A DNA stretch of 64,000 nt from Blasia pusilla (Eukaryota): positions 7,130,001 to 7,194,000 of the forward strand of contig CM114271.1 in assembly GCA_050084515.1 (NCBI GenBank), given 5' to 3'. The notes beneath the pieces were generated by a model that was not told the DNA's origin, searched no databases, and was given only the letters and a program-made list of their open reading frames with translations. The position numbers were made by a program, and so were the translations under genes. Positions 50,171 through 64,000 of the stretch are shown one piece after another. Each line of letters starts with the position of its first letter. The first letter of the stretch is position 1.

Positions 50171-51541
50171 CTAGTGTAGTGTCCTCACGACCCATAGGTG
50201 TCGTTGGACTTCTTGCATCCAAAACTTTTGGGCGTAAGAAATGTCCAACATCCTCGCAAATGTCTTAAGTGGAAATTGGAATAAACAATGGATTTTGCTG
50301 TATTTTCCAATAGTAAAATGAATCATTCCAATATCTCATTGAAAAAATTAGTTGCTACAACCCACACTGGTGTCCATGGGATCTGGCCCTTATTGCATGT
50401 CGAATAACGGATTGGAAGGAGTCGTATATATTCCGGTCATCCCTTCTCCCTTCCACATGTAACAACTAGTTTGGAAGCGTGCTAAGTCCATCAGAAGGCC
50501 AATCCTTGCAAGGCGAAGCTAAATGAATATTTCAAGGGCGAAAAAAATATCAGTTTTCCTAGCTTGGGCAAATAAATCGATATTTTACCTTGTTATCACT
50601 AAAGTTGTATTCTCTCTCTAATTAGTTGGAATTGAGTTTTCACTGGAGAGCTCCTTGGTTTCTAGAGCAGGATGGTTGGTTTAGGTTTTTTCTTCGTGAA
50701 ACATTGTGTTTCTCTTAAGAAAATAGGTTTTTATGTTGCAAACAATGTTTTTTTGAAATATGATAAAAACTTATAAGTCTTTGTCAATCCCCCCACTTGC
50801 CTCCGTGTTCCATACTTTCTCATTTTTTCTCCCTGCCCCCTTATTGCCCCACTTGCCCTTGCCTTGCCTTCCATTATGAACTGTAAGTGTGCGTCCCACC
50901 TCTTGCAATCCATGTCCATGGATATGTCAAGACTTATCCGTTTTTGTGCAACCATGCCTCAAAGGACATATGTCAATCTTTGAAGGAGGGATTGTGCAAA
51001 TCCACCCTCCCTTAATAGTATAGATTGAAGGCTTGTTTAAACATGTTGGGAGCAATCATTTATTATTTCTTGAGATGATGTTTGAGGTTGAAGTGATTAT
51101 CATCCAGAGAATAACTAAATGTACAAATGATATTTATTTATTGAAGATGTGACATCCCCTATTCTTATAATATGTGCTAAGCCAACTCCTTTGGTTGATT
51201 TTTACCGATCATTGTGATTATGGATTCAATTAATTTTTTCAAGTCTCTCTTTATTGGACATTAGATATCCTCCCTTCTATACAAAGTACTTTTTCTCATA
51301 AGATCTCAATCAAAATTTTGACTAAGCCATTTTTTGTAGTTTCAAGCTTTATTCTCACTTGCTAAGCTTCAAAATTTGAATCATATGGTATTCCATTTTA
51401 AATGAGCATAGGTATCCTAATAAATTTGGAGGTGATCTTAAATTTTACAATATTTTTCCGCTGAAATAAATCTTTATTATTGAGTTTTGAGAAATCTACA
51501 CACAATTATTCCACATACATTCTCTATGGTAGAAAAGACTA

Positions 51542-51738
51542 CTAGTATTAGCCAGTGCCATGCATGGGTTTAAATTACTTCCCAAAGTTAACTCTTAAAA
51601 TTCTCATGTGTTATTTTTAATTAATTCTGAGCGATCGTATTAGTTCAAAAGGTATGTGATTCTATTGGCTGAATGTGCCAAATGTCAAGAGGAGAGGAGT
51701 TTGCAAAATATAGGATCACTCTCCAATAATAATATAGA
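51542..51738 (-). mobile_element. Small non-autonomous Helitron
   Basis: Minus strand A|TCTATATTATT ... cccatgcatggcactgg..CTAG|T: TC start, subterminal hairpin, CTAG end, A|T target. Confidence 0.6.
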
Positions 51739-53805
51739 TGTGAGTTTTGAAAGCATGAATTATATCCCTATCATAAACCTCTTGTGAATTGAATTAAAGT
51801 TAGTCTCCTCGTAACCAACTATACTAAACAAGACATGTTTGCACTTGTGTTCCTACGTTTCTGGAACTAGGAGTATGATTACGCTTGTAAAACTTGTTTA
51901 AGTTCAAAGGTGGAGAAACAAACACATATTGTTACACTCTACATGTTAGATTCTCTCAAGGACCGATTATATACCAACAATTGTGCTTAATTTCAACCAA
52001 ATGAAGACAATCGTACTTTTTCTTGGCCCTAGAGAATCCTGAGAAAAATATATTTTTGACTACCAATGTGGTCCAAATGAATTGTATTTGATACACACAA
52101 TTAAAATTATGCTCCATTGAATAATTTGTATGTGAAAGTGGTATTCAATGATTACAAGAAGGCACTAAAATATCTCTTGCACATACACTACATATAACTA
52201 AAAGAAAATTGCAAATACATCTATGGAAATGTAGCAAACTATAGAAAAACTAAAAGACGCACTTTATTTTATTCCACCAAAATTTTTCCCATACAAAAGC
52301 AAACCCTAAATCATATGTACCTCAAGATAAAATTTCCTTCCTTTCAACCAAAGCTCCAAAATTTGTCGATATTTTCCTTCCATCCGACCAACCTGTTTCC
52401 ATAACCCATTTCACCAATCTTTGACATACCTTCCTTTGATTTTATATATATATATATATATTCAAAGGTAGTAGAGTCAATAGCTAAAAATCAACTTTAG
52501 ATGTTCAAGCCTCGAATCATAATCTAGAGCGGGTATATAACTAAGTGATACTCTTGCTAATCTAGGCTCATAGGCCAAGGGGTGCAAACTCCAAGAGCAT
52601 CTTTCTTTGGCCTTTTCCCCCTGCTGCTTAGTTAATTATGGAAGCCTACGTGGCCTAATAAGGTATTTTCCGATTTCCTATGGGTAACATGTGAACCCTT
52701 GGATGGGGGAACGAGGTAAGTTAAAATTTACACCTTCAGGTTTCATCCACGCAACCTTTAGGCTATGAGGGAAAAAAAATGCTTTGTTTTCATTTTTAGA
52801 TCGTGTGAAAATAAGGAGGAAACGTCTTTACTTTGTTCCACTATATAAAAAATAAATTAATCATGGTTGATTGATTGTCTCATAACTTGCACAATCACTG
52901 CCTAAGCGTGGAGGCTATCATCATTTGGGGGGACCTCTGCCCAATGCATGTGCGTGTTTTTTGGTCTAGGGTTCCCTTTTTTGTCATAGTAGGATGATTG
53001 TTCCCCATAAACGAGGATTGCTTGACACATATTTTTTGAAGGAAGGAAAACCTTTGAAAGTTGGAGTTCGATCTTGTCTCTTGAAATTTGAAAAAAACAT
53101 GTCATGTCCTCTCTAAAATATTCGATAATATTGAGGATATCAATATTTCCGCTTGTGTTTTCTTGATAGGCCCATGGGGGGAACCTTTGTTCCTTGCTAT
53201 CACCCATCAAAGAAAATGTTTGCACTTGTGGTGTTATTTTTGTCCAAGGATCCTAGCGACAAAAGAATTACCTGGCCCCATCAAGAAAATTACCTGATAG
53301 TGTCGAGATATGATGGCACTCTATAAGAAAGGCTACTTTACTTTAAACTCTATAAGAACTTAAGAAAGGACAACTTGAAGCCATAAAGGATTAAAAGCAG
53401 CAAAATCCATCAATGGAAGCGATTAGGTGAATGACGAACCCTAAAAAGAATTCAACACCACTACCTAGCATATCTAACACTTCGTGAATAAGTTCAGATA
53501 TCTCCTTTCAAAAACATTTATAATCACGGATTCGAACATATGGTTATAATCTATGTACTAATGAGAGGATTTATTTTTTTATGTTTACGTGGTCCTAAAA
53601 TACATCTTGAGATTATTAGCAACCATTTTAAGGTTGAAAAAAAAGCTCATGAGTGGGAGTCATTAAAGATGATGAGGGACTTGTGTGGATCGAACGGGAC
53701 CTCTTAGGGCACCTTACTAGTGACACATATAGTAAGATCGCCACACACACGACTAATATCTCGAAATAAGTGAACTTCTTGTGATTTTAGGTACTTACTA
53801 CCATG

Positions 53806-54098
53806 GATTCTCTAGGAGTAACTAAGGGTACCATGGCAGTAAGTAAGTGAACTTCTTGTGGATTCCTTTTTATCTTAGTCTTCTAGCATTCTTGTCCTGT
53901 TAACGGATGGACCTGTTCCACTTTCTCTTATGTGCACGGATTCCTTTTCACGTCCCCATTAAAAACCTAAACCTTATTTCTATAATCATGTGGAGTGGGT
54001 CAACTCCAACCAAATAAATAAATAAAAATAGAAGCCATGGTACCCTTAGTTCTTTAAGCTTTTACTGCCATGGTACCCTTAGTTACTCCTAGAGAATC
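53806..54098. repeat. Perfect 37-bp inverted repeat pair
   Basis: gattctctaggagtaactaagggtaccatggcagtaa (53806-53842) and its reverse complement (54062-54098). Confidence 0.85.
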
Positions 54099-57000
54099 GG
54101 ACCTACTTCTCATGCAATGGAGTGCAAAATTGAGAGTCCTATATTTCACTCAAGGTAGTCATATCCCCATTTGGAGAAATGGTTGCAATTAATAGGTCCT
54201 CTACGTCTAAATTAGTATGGTTTGTAGGCACATATGTAAAAGGCAAGGGAAACTTGGAGATATCGTGGATTCCAAATCTACAAGTTTGAATTTTCTTTTG
54301 TTTTCCTTATGTGCAGGTTTTCCACAATCAGTTCCCACACCATCTTCGCCTCCTAACCATGAGGTTCGACTATTGTGTCCCAATTTTTGTGGGGCTTTTG
54401 AAGCCAAATAACCCATAAGTATCCCTTTGGATACGAGGATCTTTTGAGCTTTCCAAACTTGGATTGTAGCAATCATTTTGACATTTTGTAAAGCTTTTGG
54501 AAATCGCTTTTGGGGCGTAAGTGAGTGTACTAATAACCGTCTGCCAGGGGCAATATAAGAATGGGGTGTCTCGCCGGACGCACTAATGTGAGAAAAACCA
54601 GAAAGAACAGTTTTTTATTTTTTCAATATGAAAGTAAAGACGGATGTCGTACTATCCACCCAATAAATCACGAATCCAATAACTTATCAGAAATTCCACA
54701 ATAAATATAAAAAATTCGCATGACTACGATACATATGGGATAATAATGCAGTTTTTTTATGGGAGTGGATATACATAAAAACAATTTGTCCATTCTCTCT
54801 ACTTTAAAACTCAAAATAAAAGTAGCTAACTTATCACATCCTTACGATGATGGGCATATTTTTATTGATTTGTGAAGCTTTGAAAAAAGTTCTTACTTTG
54901 AATGATATATATATATATATAATTTATTTTTTTCCATGTTGCACGAGGCCTCTCGAGATTTGTGTGGTTAAAGTGTCCATGAGTACCACATAAATCAACT
55001 TTGGTACTTCCCATAGAATAAATTTGTCGACAAATTCGGAATACATTAATAGGGTAAAATGGAATCATCTAATCCCCATCAATCATTAATCTTGGGAAAG
55101 ACCCACTTAACCGTCCTTCGATCCAAACCACTGTTTTACTTGCCCCAAATCCCAACAGTTCTACTACTTATTCATCCTGCCCTCTAGAGAAGGGAAGTAA
55201 TTGTGGGAGCACAAATTTATCTCCAAATCTTGCTTGAGAAAATAGTGTGCATTGTAAAAGCTTACTCATGTTCCTTAGCTACCTAGGCGTGACACAAACA
55301 AGGAGGCGATATTATGTGAAAGTGGACTTGCCAACGCCAACAATATTGGACACTATCAATTTGTGGGTATGGGGGATGTAAGTGTGAATGAAAACTATAT
55401 GACCCACTAGAAACCATGGAATCTAGGATAGTGTGTGCAAGTTTGGTTGAAAATTGGGATAGTGAGCACAAACTATTTGACATATTTAGAGCCCGTGGGC
55501 CTATTGGCGATTCAAATTTGGACCGACGCACTACTTTGGTGTGCGAATGGAGCCTGCAAGCTCTCTCCCTCCCAACTCTAGAAGTATCTCCAACATTTCT
55601 TGACTTATAGTGGTAGAGAAAACACATCTCCCACACAACCCATAGACAAGCATTGTTGACATGGACTCGTTTATGTGGGGGTTCCTCGACTCTTTTATGT
55701 AATTATGGTATCCTTTCTACTTTTAACAATGCGTAAGATGCAATCTATGTTATTTTTCATTGAAATAAAAATGGTTGACACAATCATCCACCTACTATTT
55801 GTATGGAGGGTATCCAAACCTCCTTCATATTGGCCACAATGATTTTTTCTCTAGAATTCAATATCTTTCTCCATAAACACTTTCGGTTGGTTGGTGAATA
55901 AGACATACCTCCTAATCACATCAACTAGAGAGGTGTTTGCAAATCAAGGAGGCACTCTCCCATAATAATATAGATGAAAGTGCATTAAATTACTATTAAA
56001 TTTTAGGAGTCTTTGAAGGACGGGGAAGTTTTCTTCTCGAAAACGGTACTTTTCTTGCATAGGGTCAGACAATAATTTTTTTAATTCCATTCAATTTGGA
56101 TCGACTATTTAATATTAAACGCACAGAGACCCCTTAATTCTAGTCGTCAATACGTTACCTGGCTCCTACATGTAGAAGGTCTTCTTTGCAAAGGTTTTGA
56201 AATTTTTAGTTAGAGTGATGGTTAATTATCAACTTTCTCTTCTCATTTGGAATATTACAATGGTCCCCATGTACAAGATGGAAGTGGGAGAATCTTCCAT
56301 ATACGATGTGAAAAATTGGAACTTCTTTGTGATTGTGAACAGGTTATACTAATAGTACGGAAATTTTCCATTTAGTGCATGTGACAACTTGTTGCTTTAG
56401 AAGGCAAAGAGTGAAGATGGCATTTATAAGGGCAAATGGAGCATGTGTCAGTTCCATTACCAACTAATCCCTCTTATCAAGTCGGGCACACGTAGGAATG
56501 AGGCCTACAAGATGGCTTGTATTAGTTACTTTTTCCTCTCTTTTTTCCCCTTTTCCTTCTTTCGTCCATTTATTGGCATATTGTTATCCTACTTGCGATA
56601 GTGTGCCTTTGTTAGTCTACTTACTCTAAATTGGTTCAAAACAAATCTTTCTTTCCTTGCTTCATTCTCTTGTATTGTTTAATAATATTTGGAAATTTTA
56701 TCTAAAATATATATTATTATCTTGAAATAAAATAATTGACTTATGATCTCATGTTCAATCTACATATATATTTCATACTTATAGAACTTTAATCCATAAC
56801 ACATCTTAATCTAAAATATTCTTTCTTGTTTGTCATCATTTGATCTTTCCATGACTTTTTTCCACGGTACGGATCCTTCGATGCACTTGTTGGATCACGT
56901 CCATCATGAAAATTTGATTTTCATAAAAATCAATGATTGAGGTTTAATTTCTCACCTAAACTATGGTGCATAGCCATACATTGCAGTCAATGTATCTGTT

Positions 57001-59149
57001 GTCATTGTCATTATCTCTTGGTTTCCTTATTGTAGCTCTTGTCCCAATGGCACTTTTTTTTAAATTCTTGGATCTTTAATTACCCTATGTCTTCTATGTA
57101 TATGTTTCCATTGTAATCCTAGATGAGAGATTGAGTGTGAGATATTATGAATTTTGGAGCATTTGTGAATTCCTCATGTTTGTCTAGAGTTTGGACTCCC
57201 CTTTGAGTGCTCTTTGTAGAACTCTATCTACTTTTTGAATCCCGCTTCATGTCCTTTGGTTTCATATTGAGTATGTGATTGAAAGCATTTTTTTGTGTCT
57301 ACTCACCTCTTCTTTTGTTCGGCCTTGCCTAGCTCAAACGTTATTGTGTTATGTAGCACCTACTCTCCCATCCTCTTTGTGCAAACTATGAAAAAACATC
57401 CTCTTTCAATCTTTTTCATGGCGTTTTTTTAAATCTTGAGATTGCAAAGGATCATGTGAATACTTTCAACTTGGTAACTATCCATTTTTTAGCTATTTTT
57501 TGATTTTATACATGATATTTTCTTACATAGGTACTCTATATTATTTCTTATTTTATTTATGCCTCATTTGAGGATGGGAGAGAATGGTTTTAAAAACATG
57601 ATATCAATACTAAACTCGGAGTTAGATATAAATGTAATTTACCCCAAATCCTTACAAGTGTGTCATAAAACACATGTTTATTGGTTAGGTTCAAACACCA
57701 CCTACACTCTACCATCCTTGCATATCCATAAGATGTATGTCGACTCCAACTTGAACATTCGGGCTTGCTATAGGAACCAATTTGAATCATGCGTTTATAC
57801 ATCGCCACATAATATACATATATAATAGGTGTAAGAATTAAGAAAAAAAAGACCACACATAAAAAATATTAACCATTTTATGGAAGGTCATATAATTGAA
57901 ATAAAATTTGACACAAATTTATCACTCTCTTAATCAATGGATAAAGATTGAGCCAAATCCATCCTCAATATGAAGAAATACAAGTGTAATACATTATAAC
58001 TACTATAAGAAGCACCTTGCCCTAACATGTGCTTTGAAGGCTTAAGTATAGAACAAAGAGCCTCTTTAACTCTTTCCTTGGTATATGCCCTTCTCCAAAG
58101 CTCCAAGAATGTATAATGTATATGCATATCATCCAAAAATATATGGTATGTTACAAATTAAATTAAATTAAGAAAAATCAAGAATGTTCCAAGAAAGATC
58201 TAAAGTAACCTATACACACATATCACTAAGGACGACTAGCTAGATCACTTTTTGCGTCTACACTCCTTACTACACATATAGCCCCTATAATGAGCTACAC
58301 TCTCTACTCTCACTCAACTTCAATAATGATGATAATTATCTTACACATACACATCGCCATACAACATTCATTATTTTCACAAAGATACACTCATAAAAAA
58401 TTGATTAAAAAATAAGATATCAAAATAATGTATACACTATCATGTTAGAGGCCACATAATCCCTAGCATAATAACCCTTCAATGGTGGTTGGATCACTCC
58501 GACTCAAATAATCAATGGCCCCATCTAGAATAACATGCATATTTGTTATATTAGGATCATGACGTTAGGTGTTATGTTTTCCCATGTTAATTGTCCGCCT
58601 GAATTGTTAGATTCTCAACATCTATTTCTTATTATGCACCATTCACCTAAGCATCCCCCTTTTATGAGAAGAAGCCTAGATTTATGGTTCCAACTTAGAC
58701 ATCCAAGGAATTATAATAATGTGATGTAGGTGGTTTAAGAAGTAGCATTTTTCGGTTGATCTAACCCTATATTGCATAAAGGTTCTCCGCATCTTGATGC
58801 AATATATGGTTAGATCAAACTATTAATATAAATGAAGAAAATAGGTCAAAAACCCTAGTTTCCCAAGTTTTCAAATAGTTGGGTAGCCATAGTGCCAGCG
58901 TAGTTTTGTATGTTGAATTATCTCTATGTTTAAATTCCATGGAAGCTCTATTGTGAGTCCATGGACGAATTAGGACACTTTATATCTTCAAGATTTGTAA
59001 CATATTCTAGTATTGTAGTCAAATTTTGTATTGTTACATGATATTAAAGAAATAGGTTTTCTACAATTTTGTATCTAGAAATCTATTGTATATGCATATA
59101 TTTTTTAGAGAGATACCTACTTCTTTGTTAGTTTGTGCTCGCCCTCCTC

Positions 59150-60880
59150 TGTTAGATTAAGGGAAGTTAAATGGATCTAAATATACGCTATGGACGTTCA
59201 AAATGAGAATTTTCCTTCAATTATTTGAGATATGGGAGACATCCATAAGGATTGATTCGAATCCATAAGCTATTTTGAGTTTTTCATGTTTATCGTCATT
59301 TGGTGATATCGATCATGTTTTACAGAAATGCTTATGCTTTAAATGCAAATGTTACAAATAGAATTGATTGTGTCATGAATCTCATTCAACATACGACCAC
59401 TATAGATGAGGTATGGAATATTCAAAATAATTAATATGAAACCAACAATGATATTCAAATTCAAAATTTGGAGAATCAACTTAAGTTCGATAATTTTTCA
59501 AAAGAAGACAACGTGGAGAAATTCCATACCACGATCAAGAAAATTAAAGATTAGATTGAGTCAGTAGGAATTCCCAAGTCAAGCAAAGATTTGGCCCGTA
59601 CTTGCACAAGGATTATGCCTCTAAGGTATGATTGTTTGGTCACAACGTTGCATACTCAAATAAGACCAATGCCGTTGACTTTTGAAAATTTTATTACAAT
59701 ATTGAAGAGAAAATATGTTTCAAAGATAGAGATGGAAATTATGCCATATTTTTTACTAAAATACATAGAGGAAGGAATTCAGTTAACAATTCAAGTGTGA
59801 AGAAGAAATTTCCAAAGAAAACCTTAAAGTGCTTATATTGTGGTAAGATAGGTCAAATTATAAAGGATTATAGAAAGAGGAGTCAAGATGAAAATAATGG
59901 ATGTTTAAGACCTAAGAAGGAGAGTAGAAATTTTTTAGAATTGGAAGAACATTAGGTAGATGCTTGGGTAGCAATTGAAGAAGATGTATGGGTGCTCAAT
60001 AGTGGAGCATCTAGCCTTATGACTAATGAGAAGGATTGATAGAGCTCCTTATAGCCTCTATAAGAGCCCATTTTTGTAAATGTACGGAAGGATGCAAATT
60101 TCCCAATAGAAGGGAAAGGGAAATTTTTTGTAGGCGCATAAAAAAACGATGATGAGAAATTAATTAATGTACTGTACTTATTAGGTTTGAAGAAAAAAAT
60201 GCTGTTAGTAGCGAGGTTAGTTGGAGTATTATGTGATTGTAACTTAGAAGGCCGCTTCAAGAAATATGAAGCACTTATTGAGTATGCCAATAGGAAAGTA
60301 GTGGATAAAGGTATCGAAAATGAAAATACCTACAAGGTGTATGCTTTCACATCAAATATAAGTATAGATTTTGGTACTGGTAGTTATGGCATGAGAGATT
60401 TTGTCACTTAAGCTTTCCCCTACTTAGTCAAATGCAAAAATTTAGCATTGTTGTTGATTTATCAAAAAAATTTTGAATATCAGATACATGTGAAGCCTAT
60501 ATGATGAGCAAGCAACATCGATAAGCATTCCGAAAAGAGTAAAAAAATATAGCAAAGGCTACTCTAGAGATGATCATTTTGTCATATGTTGTAAAAGATG
60601 AAGTGTGGCATTAAGGGATTCCTCCTACTTTCTTTTAGTTATCGACGATAATAGTAGAAAGACGTGGGTATATTTCCTTTGGAATAAGGCATGTGCTATT
60701 AAAAATTTGAAGAATCGCACAAGCTGGTTGAGAATGAGATATGAAAGAAAGTATGCATGCTTCATATCAATCGAGGAGGAGAATTCTTATTGATAGAATT
60801 CGACAAATATCTAGGAGAGCATGGAATTAAGCGATAGTTAACCATGATACATATCTAACAAAATAGAGTTTTTGAGGGTC
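59150..60880 (+). mobile_element. Decayed Ty1/Copia internal region (Gag-PR-INT)
   Basis: KLNGSKYTLW..KM, CLYCGKIG zinc knuckle, VWVLNSGAS, SYFLLVIDDNSRKTWVYFL. Many stops. Confidence 0.8.
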
Positions 60881-61149
60881 AAAACCAACATAACCCACAA
60901 TTGGAAAAAATGTGGTACCACTCAATCCCTACTACATCCCATTACACAACATTAATTAGCACTAATATCAACGACAATATCGCCAATAATCCATACTTGC
61001 AAACAACTAACACAACTACCACCTCAAAGCCATTCGTATCTATACCATACTAATTCCTCCCAATTGTCTAGCGTGCATCCCATGTGATAAAAAAAAAGAT
61101 CACTAACTAACATGATTATCTAAGCTTTCACCATAGACCTATTAGTAGG

Positions 61150-63960
61150 GTGCTCTAGTTGCACCTTCACCATCAACTCCCACAAATTTTTCAAATACAC
61201 TGCACTAAAACCATAAAGGGCTCTCTAGATGGATAATGGACACTTGCGAACTCTCCAAATTCAAACTCAACGATTCTAAACCTATAATTGTCTCCCTACC
61301 GGTCCAACATAAAGGGTTGTGGTCAAGAGTTTAGGAGCATGCATTCTGGTCTGCACATAGCACCATAGGGCCCAACAAAAAATATGCCCACATTGTTGTC
61401 CAATAGGAGAGCACCATGGGTTTCCCGATCACCTTCAATTGTTGATCATGCAGGTTTTTGTTTCCATTAGAGTTTTTCATTTTGCCACATACTTCTTAAC
61501 TCCATCGATGTTGATAAGTCACACATAGTTTCATAACGAAAAGCCACCACCGCATCTTGAACAAACTCAAAACATAATACTAAAATACTATAACTCTCAC
61601 TAAGTATGGCCGCTAAATGGATTATCTCAACTAGTCCATATCATTTGTTCCACAAATATACTTGGTCAAAGCTCCTCATGAGCTTTTGCACCCTTCCCGT
61701 ACCAGTTGACGTACTTAGTCTCCCAAAAAATACCATAGTAACTCAATCAAGACCCATTGATGGAGTCCTCTATATCTCAAATAATAGGAAAGACTATGGA
61801 AATTATGTCTACCAATTCGCTTCTCCTTGATATGGGTCTAACTCCATAACTACAAATTATGGCACAAATTCCCTCTTTGCGCCAAGGGTCATTATGGCAC
61901 TCATATCCACTAGCACAACATCACATGTAGACCCAAAGAGTACGGTGTCATTTCTTGAGGTTGTAAACCTCGAGAAATGACACTATACTCCTTACAATAC
62001 TATAAGCTAGCATTGGCTAGTTTATTTAGAGTAGACAAGACCACCACTTGTTTCTTTACTCATTGGATTGATATCATGTCATAGAGTTATTGAGCCGCCA
62101 TAACACCTCCAATGGTCAAAATATATGGAAGATCCAATTTCCTCATTACCCGTGGGCATTAACACTAGTGGCTCACCTTGGTATTAAAGTAAAACATACT
62201 ATTGATGAGAACAACTGCATATTCAACAACTTAACCCAATATCCGATTGTCTTGCAAAAGACGGAACAAACCTCACTAGTATGATCCATCATGACCATTA
62301 TGGCCCTAGAGTACATTGGTCCTAACATGCGATGTGCATTGCAATGGTCACACCACTACCAATACTTTGTTATATGTTAACTAGCTCCCTTGTCACATCT
62401 TTTGGGATAGATCGAAGATTTTTGGTAGAGCACCTTTAAGGATATTGGAGGATAGCCTCATGAGGTCAAGGATGACTTATTGAGGCCTTGGATAACCTAA
62501 GAGAGTATGTTTCCCCTTCATTGTGGCTTATTTGGAGCTATATTGATTAACATACTATTTTGGGTAAATTTGTGTTCTGAGTAAAGTTTACTTTCCACTT
62601 TAAGAATTAGCCATTGACCCCCTATATCAAGTCTAGAACCAAGGAGGTGACATACGAGCATAGGTTACCATGGAGAGACCTTGGGAGAGGGAAGGGGGCA
62701 TACTCACGGAGAGAATGCTTTGGAGCTCATTCTTTCTTTGTTGAACTTCTAATATGAGGCAATGGAATTATGATTCTCCTTGTCTTGTGAGTAACCCAAG
62801 CCGCTCATTAAGAAAGTGGGTTTGATTTGACATGAGACATATGTAGTTGTATGCATATTACAAGACCTTTTGAGTGCTTGTGATTTAATTGGAGATATTT
62901 TGGTACCATATGATCCAGATCGTCTTGATGTTTAGATACCATGAGTTAGTATGGTATCTTGTGTGTCTTCACGATGTATAGTGGTGTGTATGTGTACAAC
63001 ACCCTCCAAAGTTAGACACCATATCAAATTTTAGCTAGGTAGCGTTGAGCTCAATCTAGTCACATGCTTCAAAATTGGCTCCTCTAGTAGGGTCATCAAC
63101 ACACAATCTCATCTACCACATACCAAAAGATATTGAAGAAAGGTCCATACTATTATTCCATTGCCTATGCCTTGGTTACTCTTCAAGTGGCCTTAAATAG
63201 GTAAATCATAAACTTAAATATCTCTCTTAGGTTTTTTTCCAATGTCCGATGAAACTCTTGCAACTCTTGAAGTTTGTTAGTCCTCATCCTCTAACGGTTC
63301 TTCCCCAACATGTGGAAGAACTAAACCTTAGGGTTGAACTAAGACCATATATGTCTTCATTAATATGATGTGTTGGTGCTCTCGACATCACTCATCTTAG
63401 CATTAGTTGTAGATGACTCTTTGTTGTTGAAGTCATACTATGTCAGGAATCCCTTGGGATTAAATATCACAAATACCAATAAGGTTTCCAAGTTTGGATC
63501 AGATGCCGTTCATTTAATTCCCCTTAATTAGCTATTAATGCATCCTCTGAGTACTTAAAAATTCCTTACCATGAAAGGAGTGAACACCAAAGGACTTTGA
63601 ATCCTTAATGGCACATGCTATACATCAACTCCCATATGAAGTCACTCAATCGTGCCAACTACTCTTAAGAAGTGGAATTGGTCATGTTTGGGCCCATACA
63701 CCTCACCATATTTATCATCCAACAACATGGTGAACTCATGACTTTGGCACTAACCAATGACATCTCTATCCCTATTATCAACTAACTAGATGTATTTTTT
63801 TGGTTGGCACCCATTTGTTTATGAAGGTTGCAAAACTAACTCTCTCAAATCTTGGATGGAAATTTAGAGTGGCGAAATTTTTTGAACCCATATTTTCTAA
63901 CATTAGTACCATAGCTAAATCACAAGACACGCATCTACTAGAAATGGATGCTCATAACAA
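61150..63960 (-). mobile_element. Highly decayed copy 4 of the Ty3 family (PR and Gag regions), interrupted by a solo LTR
   Basis: By-eye nucleotide similarity: 61210-61400 to 28230-28420, 61740-61870 to 28790-28915, 63540-63690 to 30120-30280. Confidence 0.55.
62391..63001 (+). mobile_element. Solo A+B terminal repeat of the copy-1 subfamily
   Basis: TGTCAC...CAACA ends. The left part matches the reverse complement of 5490-5955 and the right part matches the reverse complement of 1112-1240. CCCT lies on both flanks. Confidence 0.8.
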
Positions 63961-64000
63961 TCATGTTGAGTAGGTCATACTTGCCCATATACAAAGACAC

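Noticed and set aside
52900-55640. Decayed ORF fragments (52902-53225, 55283-55636), possibly from DNA transposons
   Set aside because: They contain no motif I can assign with confidence without a database search.

Overview
Eukaryotic, transposon-dense DNA, most likely from a non-seed land plant (bryophyte-like; inference). It holds one intact host gene, a 5-exon CCT-motif-family transcription factor at 36700-39326 (-). Two unrelated mobile elements carry DNA-methyltransferase domains. (1) A Ty3/Gypsy family (near-complete copy 22517-32337, three decayed copies, solo LTRs) whose polyprotein reads Gag-PR-[DNMT3-like C5-MTase]-RT-RH-INT-PHD. Its termini are split (A...PPT-B-A-B), as if integrated from a 2-LTR circle cut inside the LTR, and it has a Tf1-like self-priming site instead of a tRNA PBS. 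(2) A probable DNA transposon (about 13.4-22.5 kb) with a GCM/WRKY-like, MULE-type transposase N-terminus and a divergent intron-containing pseudogene encoding a ParB/Srx-like domain fused to a beta-class N4C/N6A methyltransferase-like domain. Its introns and flanks hold roughly 35 copies of a 27-bp palindrome. The remainder is decayed hAT, Helitron, Copia and CRE-like non-LTR fragments and small inverted-repeat elements. All domain calls come from manual translation and motif recognition; no database search was run.
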